NCBI GenBank assembly: GCA_963843825.1
Contig: CAWJLZ010000031.1
Coordinates: forward strand, 76,679-140,678
Source: an uncultured Actinomycetota bacterium
GTDB taxonomy: Bacteria; Actinomycetota; Actinomycetes; Propionibacteriales; Nocardioidaceae
Length of the DNA stretch: 64,000 nucleotides
Direction of reading: 5' to 3'
In this document: piece after piece, positions 32,767 to 43,645 of the stretch
Layout of the letters: every line of letters begins with the position of its first letter
Position numbering within the stretch: position 1 is the first letter of the stretch
Made by a program: the position numbers and the translations under genes
Notes under the pieces: generated by a model
What the model was told of the DNA's origin: nothing
Database searches by the model: none
Seen by the model: only the letters and a program-made list of their open reading frames with translations

Positions 32767-33094
32767 TCCACCGAGCCTAGTTCCCCGAACCCCTGGGCGC
32801 CGTCAGGTCATGGGTTTCGGTGGTCGGGATCAGGCTTCCGGGCAGGCTGACGGCCATGGATTCGTGGGGTGGCCGCCACGGCGAGGTCCCCGAGGAGGTA
32901 TGGGAGTCAGCAGCCCACACGCGGCCCGACGCTCGGAGGAACGCCGACACGGTCTGAAGCAGCGCGAACCTTCCGGGCGCCGGCTGGCAGAGAAGACCCG
33001 ACCACACGGGAAGGACGCCGCACCCGGCACCGTCCTCGTGTGGCGGTCCCCTGACGGCCTCGTCTGCCCGAGAACCCGAATCGCATCACCGCAG

Positions 33095-34298
33095 CTAGGA
33101 GCCGGTTCTCTCCAGCAGCGCGACGCACTCGACGTGGTGCGTCATCGGGAACAGGTCGAACGCCCGCAGCCGGCCCAGCTCGTAGCCCGCCTCCGCGAAC
33201 AGCGCGACGTCGCGGGCGAAGGACGCCGGGTCGCAGGCCACGAGGACGACCGTGCGTGGCGCCAGCGCGGCGATCCCCTCGACCACGGCCCGGCGGGCGC
33301 CCTCCCGCGGCGGGTCGAGGACGACCACGTCGACCTCCGCGGCGGCGCCGGTGACGCCCCGCTCGAGACCGGTGCGCAGGACCTTGTCCACCGGTCCGCG
33401 GACCGTGCTCACCCAGGGGTACGCCGCCAGGTTGGCCTCGGCGTGCTCGCTGGCGACCCGGTCCCCCTCGACCGCGTGGACGCGGCCGGTCGGCCCGACC
33501 TGCTCGGCCAGGAAGGCGGTGTAGAGGCCGACGCCGCTGTACAGGTCGGCCACCCGGTCGCCCGGTCGCACGTCCGCGGCCTCGAGGACGGCGGAGACCA
33601 GCGTCTCGGGCGCACCGACGTGCACCTGCCAGAAACCCTCGAGGTCGACCTCGAACGTCTGGGCGCGCACCTGCTCCTCCAGGACCCGCGCCTCGCCGAC
33701 CCGGTCCACCTCGCCCTCGACGACCACCTCGGCGCCGGGCGCCTGGATCAGGCACTCCTCGACGGTGACCACCAGGCGCGACCGGTGGCCGCGCAGGCCC
33801 AGCGAGCCGTCGCCGGCCCGGTGGTAGCCGCATCCGGGTCCGCCAGCGCAGCCCGTGCTCGTCGCCGGGCACCGCCTCGACCTCGACCTCGCGCTCCAGG
33901 CCGGCCAGCCGGCGCAGCTGCTCGGCCACGACCTGGCCCTTGAGCCGCGCGCTGCGCGGCGAGGTCGACGTGCTGGAGGTCGCAGCCGCCGCAGCGGCCG
34001 GGGCCGGCGTACCGGCAGGGGGCCTCGACCCGGTCCGGGGAGGCCTCGAGGACCTCGACCGCGTCGCCGCGCAGGAACCGGTCCCCCGCTGCTCCCTCGG
34101 TGAGCCGGACGACCACCCGCTCGCCGGGCAGGCGTGCCGGACGAAGACGACCGTGCCGCCGACCTCGGGCACGTCCTCGGCCAGCCGGGCGACGCAGTGG
34201 CCGCCGTGCGCCACGGCGCCGACCACGACCTCGTGGCGCTCGGCCCGACGACGGAGCCGGCCGCGCGGGGCCTTCTCCCGGGTGCGACGCGTGCTCAT
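33095..34298 (-). CDS. TRAM-domain class I SAM-dependent RNA (uracil-5) methyltransferase, TrmA/RlmD family (frameshifted)
   Basis: VAHGGHCVAR, C..CGGC, GFWQVH, DLYSGVG, LDPPREG, VACDPASFARD, DLFPMTHHVEC. Confidence 0.9.
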
Positions 34299-36342
34299 CG
34301 AGTCCAGCTCCTCGTCGACCTGGTCGGCCCAGGACGCGAAGGAGCGGTGGCCTGTGGCCTGCTCCTCCTGCCGCTCGACGCGCGCCTCGCCGATCTGCGA
34401 GGACCGGAGCTGGTAGGGCACCGAGATGACCATCACGCCCGGGCGTGAACAGCAGCCGGGTCTTGAGCCGCAGCGCGGTCTGGTTGTGCAGCAGCTGCTC
34501 CCACCACCGGCCGACGACGTACTCGGGGATGAAGACCGCGACGACCCCGCGGGGCTGCGCCTCGCGGATCGCCTTGGCGTACTCCACGATCGGCCGGATG
34601 ATCTCGCGGTAGGGCGAGTCGAGGATCTTCAGCGGGACGTCGATGCCGCGGCGGTCCCACTCGTCGACGATCCGGTCACGCTCGGTCGGGTCGGTGGCCA
34701 CCATGACCGCCTCGAGCACGTTGGGCCGGCTCGCCTTGGCGTACGCCAGCGCCCGCATCGTCGGCTTGTGCACCTTGGAGACCAGCACCATCGCGTGGAC
34801 CCGGGTGGGCAGCATCTGGTCGTCGGCGTCGATCTCGAGCTCCTCGCCGACCGAGTCGTAGTGGCGCCGGATGCGACTTCATGATCATGAAGAAGATGCC
34901 CATCGCCAGGATGGCGATCCAGGCGCCGGCGAGGAACTTGGTGACCAGCACGATGACCAGCACCACCGAGGTCATCCCGAGGCCGAAGGTGTTGATCGCC
35001 CGCGAGCGCATCATCCGCCGGCGCTCGGCCGGGTCGGTCTCCGTCCTTCAGGTGCCGCGTCCAGTGCCGGATCATCCCGAGCTGGCTGAGGTTGAAGGAG
35101 ACGAAGACGCCGACGATGTAGAGCTGGATCAGCCGGGTGACCTGGGCGTCGAAGGCGAAGATCAGCACCATCGCGAACGACCGCCAGGATCAGGATGCCG
35201 TTGCTGTAGGCCAGCCGGTCGCCGCGCGAGCCGAGCTGGCGGGGCAGGAAGCCGTCCTTGGCCAGGATCGAGCCCAGCACCGGGAAGCCGTTGAAGGCGG
35301 TGTTCGCGGCCAGCACCAGGATCACCCCGGTGGTCGCCACCACGAAGTAGAAGCCGGCGTCGAAGTTGTCGAAGACGCCGCGGGCGATCTGGCGATCACC
35401 GTGTGCTGGTCGTACGTCGCCGGCAGGGGCAGCCGTCGGCCAGGGTGAGCCGGTCCAGGTCGTGGGGGTCGACGTAGTTCAGCCCCATCTCGCGGGCCAG
35501 CGTGATGATGCTCATGATCATCGTGATCGCGATGGTGCCGAGCAGCAGCAGCGTGGTCGCGGCGTTGCGGCTCTTGGGCTTGCGGAAGGCCGGCACCCCG
35601 TTGGAGATCGCCTCGACCCCGGTCAGCGCCGCACAGCCTGAGGAGAACGCGCGGGCCAGCAGGAACACCAGCGCGATCGTGGTGATCGTGCCCTCGTAGC
35701 CCGGCTGGACGACCGATCCGCAGGTCGGCCGACTCGACGTCGGGCAGGGTGCCGTTGAAGCCCCGGGCCAGGCCCCACAGGGCCATGCCGAGGACCGCGA
35801 TCATGAAGCCGTAGGTCGGGATCGCGAAGAAGCTCCCGGACTCCCGCACCCCGCGCAGGTTGAGCGCGGCGAGCACCCCGACGAGCAGGCAGGCGTACGT
35901 CGCCTCGTGGCCGTTGACGAACGCAGCGCCGCACCGGCGTTGTCGATGCCCGAGGAGATCGACACCGCGACGGTCAGGACGTAGTCGACGAGCAGCGCGC
36001 TGGCCACGGTGACGCCGGCGTTCTGGCCGAGGTTGACCGTGGCCACCTCGTAGTCGCCGCCGCCGCTGGGGTAGGCGTGCACGTTCTGCCGGTAGGAGGC
36101 GACGACGGTCAGCATCACCAGCGCGACCGCGATGGCGATCTTCCACGACCAGGCGTACGCCGTGGCGCGCCGGCCACGCCGAGCATGATGAAGACCTCGT
36201 CGGGGGCGTAGGCCACCGAGGAGAGCGCGTCACTGGCGAAGACCGGCAGCGCGATGCGCTTGGGCAGCAACGTCTCGCCGAGCTGCGACGAACGGAGCTT
36301 GCGCCCGACGAGGATCCGCTTGGAGACGTCGCCTAGACCCAC
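34295..36342 (-). CDS. APC family permease, KimA/YdaO-like (frameshifted)
   Basis: FASDALSSVAYA, YPSGGGDY, ALTGVEAISNG, ANTAFNGFP, QLYIVGVF, LHNQTALRLK. Confidence 0.88.
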
Positions 36343-36434
36343 GACGGCAAGGCTAGGCCATGGCCTGCCCCACGCCGGTACCGCTGGGCGCGGGCAGCGA
36401 CGCGTCGCCCGGCGGCGGTGTAGCGTTCCCAGCC

Positions 36435-37098
36435 GTGCACGTCGTGATCATGGGTTGCGGCCGGGTGGGGAGCACCCTCGCCCGGAGCCTCGAGGACCGC
36501 CACCACACCGTCTCGGTCATCGACACCAACCCCGACGCGTTCCGCCGGCTCGGTCCCTCGTTCAGCGGCACCAAGGTGATCGGCATCGGCTTCGACCAGG
36601 ACGTCCTCGCCGAGGCCGGCATCGACGACGCCGACGCCTTCGCCGCGGTCTCCAGCGGCGACAACTCCAACATCATCGCCGCGCGCGTCGCCCGCGAGAC
36701 GTTCGGGATCCAGCAGGTCGTCGCCCGGATCTACGACCCCGGCCGCGCCGAGGTCTACCAGCGCCTCGGCATCACCACGGTCGCGACGGTCAAGTGGACC
36801 GCCGACCAGGTGCTGCGCCGACTGCTCCCGGTCGGCGAGGAGCCCGACTTCCGCGACCCCAGCGGCACGATCCGCGTCGACTCGATGCTGGTCAGCGCGG
36901 CCTGGATCGGGGCAGCGGACCGTGCACTTCCAGGAGCAGTCCGGCTGCCGGATCGCCTGGATCGACCGGCTCGGCGAGGGCATCCTGCCCACCCGCGAGA
37001 GCGTGCTCCAGGAGGGCGACCTGCTCCACCTCGTCATGCGCGAGGAGAACGCCCAGCGGATGCTCGACGTCTTCGCCCGAGGACCGGAGGACGACTGA
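36435..37098 (+). CDS. trkA: TrkA family potassium uptake protein (CeoB-like; one frameshift)
   Basis: VVIMGCGRVG, SGDNSNII, ARIYDPGRAEVYQRLGI. Confidence 0.88.
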
Positions 37099-37762
37099 TG
37101 CGCGTCGCCATCGCCGGCGCCGGCGCCGTCGGCCGCTCGATCGCCCGCGAGCTGATCGAGAACGGCCACCAGGTGCTGCTCATCGACAAGGAGCCCGACG
37201 TCGATCAAGCCCGAGCGGGTGCCGGACGCCGAGTGGCTGCTCGCCGACTCCTGCGAGCTGTCGTCGCTGGAGGAGGCCCGGCTCGAGACCTGCGACGTCG
37301 TCATCGCCGCCACCGGCGACGACAAGGCCAACCTGGTCACCTCGCTGCTGGCCAAGACCGAGTTCGCGGTGCCCCGCACCGTCGGCCGGGTCAACCACCC
37401 CAACAACGAGTGGCTGTTCACCGAGGCCTGGGGCGTCGACGTCAACGTCTCGACCCCGCGGATCATGTCCGCGCTGGTCGAGGAGGCGGTGACGATCGGC
37501 GACGTCGTCCGGCTGTTCACCTTCCGCCAGGGCAACGCCAACCTGGTCGAGATGACGCTGCCCGCAGGGCTCGCCGTACATCGGCAGCCCTGCGGCCTGA
37601 TCCCGTGGCCCGACAACACCGCCTTGGTCGCGATCCTGCGCGACGGGATGGTCTACGTCCCCGAGCCGCGAGCAGCCGCTCGAGGCCGGCGACGAGCTGC
37701 TGTTCGTGGCCGGGTCCGAGGCGGAGCCGGTGCTGGAGCGGCTGCTCAACCCCCATCACTGA
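37098..37762 (+). CDS. trkA: TrkA family potassium uptake protein (CeoC-like; frameshifted)
   Basis: MRVAIAGAGAVG, TGDDKANLV, NEWLFTEAWGVD; TGATG overlap with upstream trkA. Confidence 0.88.
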
Positions 37763-38487
37763 GGGACGCCGGCGACTCCGGCGACCCGTCCGGTCCCACC
37801 ACCGAGACCGGCGTGCTGTTGCGCGAGAGCAGCCAGACCATCGCGCGAGCGCGGCGACCTGCAGCGGCCAGCCCATCACGACCTTCGCGGCGCCCAGCGC
37901 GGTGACGTACGGCGTCGGCGTCGTCGGCGGCCCGGCCGGCGAGGTAGACCGGCCCCTGCACGGCGACCCGGAGCAGGCAGGGCACCACCAGCAGCCAGGT
38001 GAGCCGGCTGCACAGCCGGACCACCTGCGGGTCGCTGCCGCCAGGCCAGCGGGTCCTCGGCCACGCTGCCGACCATGAAGCCGACCACCGGCCACCGGGC
38101 CAGGATGCTGAGCACCATCAGCACGGCGTAGCCGGCGTTGTAGAGCAGCCCGGGCAGGAAGTAGGCCAGCGCCTGCTGCGACTCGTCGCCGCCGTTGCGG
38201 CCGCCGAGCCAGACGAAGAAGCACCCGATCGCCGATGCCGACCAGCGCGTTGAGCACGTACTGCACCGGGCCCGCTGGGCCAGCCGGACCCCGAGCAGGA
38301 CCAGCCGCGATGCGACGCTGACGCGCGATGGCGAGCCGGAGGTCCTTGGTGGTGACGAAGGTCAGCGGTGAAGGCGATGGTCGGGACGGCCGCCTCGACC
38401 ATGCCGCGACGCCGCCCGAGGCGCGTGCGAGAGCTGGGCGCGGACCACGGCCTCGACCGTGTCGGTGCCGACGTGCGCGTCGCTCAT
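37746..38487 (-). CDS. DUF3159 membrane protein (frameshifted)
   Basis: MVEAAVPTIAF, QYVLNAL, SILARWPVVGFMVG, KVVMGWPL. Confidence 0.75.
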
Positions 38488-38875
38488 CCTCGGACCGGGC
38501 TCATCCGGAGCGGCAGCTCGTAGCGGGGGTTGAACATCACCCGCGTCTCGTCGTGGAGCGCCGATGCGGCCGATGGACCTGGATCGCGCGGCCCGGCTCG
38601 ATGCCGGCGATCCGACGGCGACCCAGCCAGACCAGGGTGATCAGCGCCGCTGCCGTCGTACAGCTCGGCCTCGAGGGCGGGGACGCCGCCGCGGGGCCGC
38701 AGCGTCACGGTCCGCAGGACGCCCTGGATCGAGACCCGCTCGCGGTCACCGGCCTCGGCGATCGGGCAGCAGCCCGCCTTCAGGGTGGTGTCACGGAGCT
38801 GGCGCGCGTCGTCCGTCGTGGTGTTGGCCCAGCGTTGAGGCTGGAGCGGAGCCCGCCGCGGACGTGAATGGCCAT
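38484..38875 (-). CDS. OB-fold nucleic-acid-binding domain protein (frameshifted)
   Basis: [34 protein letters not shown]. Confidence 0.8.
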
Positions 38876-38896
38876 GGGCACCAGCGTACGCGCCCC

Positions 38897-39564
38897 TCAG
38901 CCCTGCGGGTCCGAGCCCGCTGGGCGCCGGTGGGCGAGGCACCAGCGGGCAGCGCGTCGCCCGGGGCCATCGGCGAGGTGCCTCGGTGCACCACGACGCT
39001 GCGCAGCGTGCGTCTCGAGCACCCGTCGGGTCCCACTGGACGGCCGGGCGGCCGAACATGCTGACCCGCAGCAGCCACCGCGGACCGGCGATGCCGAGCA
39101 CCGTGGAGGGCTGGGTGACCTGCTGGCCGTCCGGGGTCACGCCCGGGACCACGAGGTGCAGCGCCTTGCCGTAGGGGCCGTCGACCTCGCCGGCGGTGCC
39201 GCCCCGACGGGCGGCCTCCTCGGCCAGCCGGGGACGGATGTCCTCCCAGAGGTCCTCGTGGCGGGGTGCGGCGAAGGCGCGGAGCTCCATGGCCCCGTCC
39301 GGCGGCGACGAGCAGCACCGCGCCGACCTGGCCGGAGGCCTCGTCGACCTGCAGCCGCACCTCGACCTCGGCGCTGCCCGCCAGCGAGAGCGCACCGAGG
39401 TCGACCCGGGTCTGGTCGTCGTGGTCGACCGGGTGCTCGGAGACGTCCCAGGGACCGTGCGTGCGGTCGCCCAGGGCGGGGTCGGCGTGCTGGTCCTGGC
39501 CCTCGTCGACCTCGGTGGACGAGACGTCCTCGGTCTCGGTCCCTGCCTTGCGTCGCTTCCTCAT
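38897..39564 (-). CDS. DUF3710 domain protein (frameshifted)
   Basis: GPWD...[37 protein letters not shown]. Confidence 0.8.
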
Positions 39565-40079
39565 GCCGTCCTCACTCGTTGTCCGGTACGTCGTTGCGGC
39601 CGCTGCTCGAGCTCGGGCCGTCGGTGGTGAAGCCGCCGGTCGACCCGTGCCCCCCGGTGCCTCGGGCGCGAGTCCGGGAGGGCGTCGACCTCGACGAACC
39701 GGGCCTGCTCGACCTGCTGGACGACCAGCTGGGCGATCCGGTCCCCGCGGGCCAGGACGACCGGCTCGCGCGGGATCGAGGTTGACCAGCAGACCTTGAC
39801 CTCGCCGCGGTAGCCCGCGTCGACGGTACCGGGGCTGTTCACGATCGACAGCCCGCAGCGCGCCGCCAGCCCCGAGCGCGGGTGCACCAGGCCGACGTAC
39901 CCGAACGGGCAGGGCGATGCTGAGGCCGGTGGGGACCAGGGCCCGCTCCCCCGGCTCGAGGCGGACGTCGACGGTGGTGCACAGGTCGGCCCCGGCGTCG
40001 CCGGGGTGGGCGTAGACCGGCAGCGGGACCTCCGGGGAGAGCCTGCGGACCGCACCTCGACCTGCCCCCGCGACTGCAT
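39561..40079 (-). CDS. dut: dUTP diphosphatase (frameshifted; start approximate)
   Basis: [41 protein letters not shown]. Confidence 0.92.
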   Translation of the reverse strand: MQSRGQVEVRSAGSPRRSRCRSTPTPATPGPTCAPPSTSASSRGSGPWSPPASASPCPFGYVGLVHPRSGLAARCGLSIVNSPGTVDAGYRGEVKVCWSTSIPREPVVLARGDRIAQLVVQQVEQARFVEVDALPDSRPRHRGARVDRRLHHRRPELEQRPQRRTGQRVRTA

Positions 40080-40161
40080 CGCGTCACCCTATGCCGCCGC
40101 CCGGGGCCGGGGGGCGGCGACCACCCTGGCCGGTCCGTGGCCGCCCGGTGCACAATTCGCC

Positions 40162-40769
40162 GTGACCCCCGCCCCCGACCCCGCCGGCGCTCCCCGCTGC
40201 TACGTGGAGACGCTGCGGGTGCCGCTGCGCTGGTGGGCGATCGGCACGATGTTCCGTGCCTCGTTCCTGCTGGCCTTCCTGGTCGCCGTGCCGCTGCGGC
40301 GGTGGCGCTGCTGGCCACCGCGGTGCTGGGCGGCGCTCAACGCGTCCGTGTTCCTCAGCTACGGCGGCGCCCGCGTGGGTGTCGCCGACGGCGAGCTCTG
40401 GCCGGTCGCGCGCACGTCCCGGTGGCACCTGCTGGCCGACCCGACGCCCGCTCGACGCGGCGGCGGCGGCCCGGGTGGCCGGGGTCGAGCGCCGACGCGC
40501 GGGCCTACCTCCTGCTCCGGCCCTACGTCGGCGGAGCAGTACTGGTGCGTCTGGTCGACCCCGCCGACCCCACGCCGTACTGGCTGCTGTCGACGCGGCA
40601 CCCCGAGGCGTTGGCCGGGGAGATCGCCGCCGCCATCGCCGACGCACCCGACGCCCCGGGCGCCTCCGGGGCGCACCTGGCGCGCGACGGACCTGACCTG
40701 CACCGTTTCCCTCCGCGGGCATGGGGCAGGATGGGTCCGCCCGCGGCCCACCGGTCGCCGGGCTCCTAG
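40162..40769 (+). CDS. DUF3093 domain protein (frameshifted; end uncertain)
   Basis: YVETLRVPLRWW, DARAYLLLRPYV, DPADPTPYWLLSTRHPEAL. Confidence 0.8.
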
Positions 40770-40780
40770 AGGAGGACACC

Positions 40781-41065
40781 ATGGCGGGCAAGTCGGAGGA
40801 CATGATCGGCCTGGTGGCCGGTCTGGCGGCGGCGTCGGTCGCCAAGAGCGTGGCCGGCAAGGTCTGGGAGCTCAGCTCCGGGGGCAAGCCGGCCCCGAAG
40901 GACCCCACCGAGCCGGAGACCACGCTGGCCGAGATCATGGTCTGGTCGATCCTGAGCAGCGTGCTGGTGAGCGTGTTCCGCGTGGCCATCGCCCGGCGGC
41001 TCGGCCGCGGCGAGCGTCGCGAGAAGCGCGTCCAGGGCGCGTCTGGGCGCTCGCGCGAGGCCTGA
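40781..41065 (+). CDS. DUF4235-like small membrane protein
   Basis: GGAGG RBS; W..SSGGKPAPKDP motif between two hydrophobic helices. Confidence 0.65.
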   Translation: MAGKSEDMIGLVAGLAAASVAKSVAGKVWELSSGGKPAPKDPTEPETTLAEIMVWSILSSVLVSVFRVAIARRLGRGERREKRVQGASGRSREA

Positions 41066-41080
41066 CCGGCCCGTCAGGCC
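41059..41080. terminator. Hairpin between convergent genes
   Basis: GGCCTGAC-cggccc-GTCAGGCC 8-bp stem. Confidence 0.4.
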
Positions 41081-41096
41081 CGGCAGGCGCCGTCGA

Positions 41097-41387
41097 TCAG
41101 GCGCAGTCGCGGCAGATCATCTTCTTGGAGTCCGCGAGCTGGCTGCGGTGGTGGACCAGGAAGCAGCTCATGCAGGTGAACTCGTCGTCCTGGCGAGGAC
41201 GGACCTCGACCGCGAGCTCCTCGTGGGAGAGGTCGGCACCGGGCAGCTCGAAGGACTCGGCGGCCTCGGCCTCGTCCTCGTCGACCTTGCCCGAGTTCTT
41301 GTCGTGCCGGCGAGCCTTGAGCTCCTCGATGCTCTCCTCGCTCGACTCGTCATCGGTCTTGCGCGGGGCGTCGTAATCAGTTGCCAT
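41097..41387 (-). CDS. DUF4193 family protein
   Basis: MATDYDAPRK, ELPGADLS, EFTCMSCFLVHHRSQ, CRDC. Confidence 0.92.
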   Translation of the reverse strand: MATDYDAPRKTDDESSEESIEELKARRHDKNSGKVDEDEAEAAESFELPGADLSHEELAVEVRPRQDDEFTCMSCFLVHHRSQLADSKKMICRDCA

Positions 41388-41561
41388 GGAAGTTTCTCCT
41401 GCCCCCTGAGGGTCAGCGGTGTGGTCGGCGTCGTGCCTGGTGGCGGTCCGGTGGTGCGAGGCGGATTGTCCACCATCGGGCGAAGTTTCGCACCCGAGGT
41501 CCTTTCCGGGTCATGCCGGAGTCACCATAGAGGACTGCACCAATCCCGGGGTGCGGAGTCC

Positions 41562-41588
41562 CAACCGTGGACGGGGTGTGTCTATTCC
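41562..41588 (-). promoter_or_regulatory. SigR/SigH-type ECF promoter upstream of DUF4193
   Basis: Minus strand reads GGAAT-18 nt-GTTG. Confidence 0.6.
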
Positions 41589-42437
41589 ACGTCGACCGAG
41601 GGGTCGAGGAAACCGCACTCGACCACGCTGCGGAGCACCTCGTCGAAGCTGTGCGCGGGGGCACAGACCACGCACTCCATGCCTCCGGCGCCGGGCAGGA
41701 CAGCCACCCGGGCGCCGGCCTCGGTGGCGACCAGGCTGCCCGCGGCCCGGTCCCACAGGAACAGGCCCTCCTCCACGTAGGCGTCCGCGGTCCCCTCGCC
41801 CACCGCGCACAGGTCGAGGGCGGCCGAGCCCAGCCGGCGGACGTCGCGGACCCGGCCCAGGAGGCGCGCGACCGCGGGGCCCTGCAGCTCACGCACGTGC
41901 TGCTGGTACTGGAAACCGGTGTTGACCAGGCGCTCCCCCATGGGGACCCACGGGCGCACGGCCAGGGGCGCTCCGTCGCAGGAGGCGCCCCCACCCAGCG
42001 CGGCGCTGAACACCCGCCCGGAGGGCACCTCGACGACGGCGCCGGCCAGCGAGCGGTCGGACGCGTCCACCGCGGCGACGCTGACGGCGTAGCGCGGGAC
42101 GCCGTAGAGGAAGTTGACCGTGCCGTCGATCGGGTCGACGACCCAGGTCACCCCCGACGCCGAGGCTCCCCGGGTGCCCTCCTCCCCGAGGAAGCCGTCC
42201 TCCGGGCGCAGCTCGGAGAGCCGTGAGCGCAGGTACGCCTCGGACTCACGGTCCACCGCGGTGACCACGTCGACGACGCTGGACTTGCGGTCGGCGACCT
42301 CCACCCCGGCCCGACGGCGCTCCCGGACCAGGTCGGCCGCCTCCACCGCGACCTGCTCGGCGACCGCGCGCAGCGCAGCCCGGTCGGGGCCGGCCCGCGC
42401 CGGAGCCGGAGCCGGTGCCGGTGCCGGCCGCGGCCAT
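41582..42437 (-). CDS. suhB: Inositol monophosphatase family protein (frameshift near 5' end)
   Basis: [34 protein letters not shown]. Confidence 0.88.
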
Positions 42438-43601
42438 CAGTCGGAGCCGCAGAGCGCGGGACGCTCGCCCCGGGCGTTGGCGCAGCAGCCGGCCGGGCAC
42501 ACGTCCCAGCACGCCGCCAGGGAGCCCATCGACACCCGGGCCGCCGGGGTCGCCGCCCGGGCCGCGGCCTGCTCGGTCGCCGCGCGCTCGAGCACGAGCT
42601 CGCGGACCATGGCCACGAACCGGGGGTCGACCCCCGCGGTGGCCGCCCGGGCAAAGGCGATGCCGGCCTTCTCGGCGGCCTCCTTCGCCTCGGTGTCGAG
42701 GTCGTAGACGACCTCCATGTGGTCGGAGACGAACCCGATCGGGACGACGACGACCGCGGGCACCCCCGACGCGGCGAGCTCGGTGATCCGGTCGCCCACG
42801 TCGGGCTCGAGCCACGGGATGTGCGGCGCGCCGGAGCGGGAGCAGAAGACCAGCTCGCCGGAGAACCGGTGACCGGTCTGCTGACGGACCCGTTCGGTGA
42901 CCTCGGCCGCGAGGCTGCGGTGCTGGGCGACGTAGGCCCCGCCCTCGTCCGGCGCCGACCCGGTCTGCTCGGTGGACCCGCCGAGGCCGCTGGCGTCGTT
43001 CATCGAGACCGGCACCGAGTGCGTCACGTAGAGCAGGTGGGCGTCGTTGCGGGTGGCTGCCGGCAGGTCGGCCAGCGCGGCCAGCGTGGCGTCGACCATC
43101 GGCTCCACGAAGCCGGGGTGGTTGAAGTAGTGCCGCAGCTTGTCCAGCCGGGGCGCGCCCTCGCCCACCTCGGCGACGGCGTCGGCGAGGTTCTCGCGGT
43201 ACTGGCGGCACCCGGAGTAGCTGGAGTAGGCGCTGGTGAAGAAGCACACCGCCCGGCGTACGCCGTCGTCGCGCATCGTGCGGAGGGTGTCGGCGAGGTA
43301 CGGGTCCCAGTTGCGGTTGCCCCAGTAGACCGGGAGGTCCACGCCGGCCCCGTGCAGGTCCTCCTCGACCGCGGCGATGAACTCGCGGTTGAGGTCGTTG
43401 AGCGGGCTGCCGCCCGCCGAAGAGGAAGTAGTGCTGGCCGACCTCCTCCAGGCGCTCGGGCGGGATGCCCCGGCCCCGGGTCACGTTCTGCAGGAAGGGG
43501 ACGACGTCCTCGGGCTTCTCGGGGCCGCCGAACGAGACGACCAGCACCGCGTCGTAGGGCGACGTGGGGGCAGCGTTCTCGGGGGTGGGTGCGTCCGGCA
43601 T
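42437..43601 (-). CDS. hemH: Ferrochelatase (one frameshift)
   Basis: [54 protein letters not shown]. Confidence 0.92.
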
Positions 43602-43645
43602 GGGCCCATCCTAGGGAGGTCCCGCGCGGCCATAGGATGAGGCCA

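Noticed and set aside
32799-33058. MITE bounded by the 9-bp inverted repeat GCCGTCAGG/CCTGACGGC
   Set aside because: A match this short is plausible by chance at this GC content, and no target-site duplication is seen.
32907-34436. Permease-methyltransferase fusion
   Set aside because: An ATGA overlap at 34295-34298 fits two genes; the in-frame join is likely an indel artefact.
36343-36434. c-di-AMP (ydaO) riboswitch before the KimA-like permease
   Set aside because: The intergenic region is only 92 bp, the gene looks leaderless, and no riboswitch consensus is visible.
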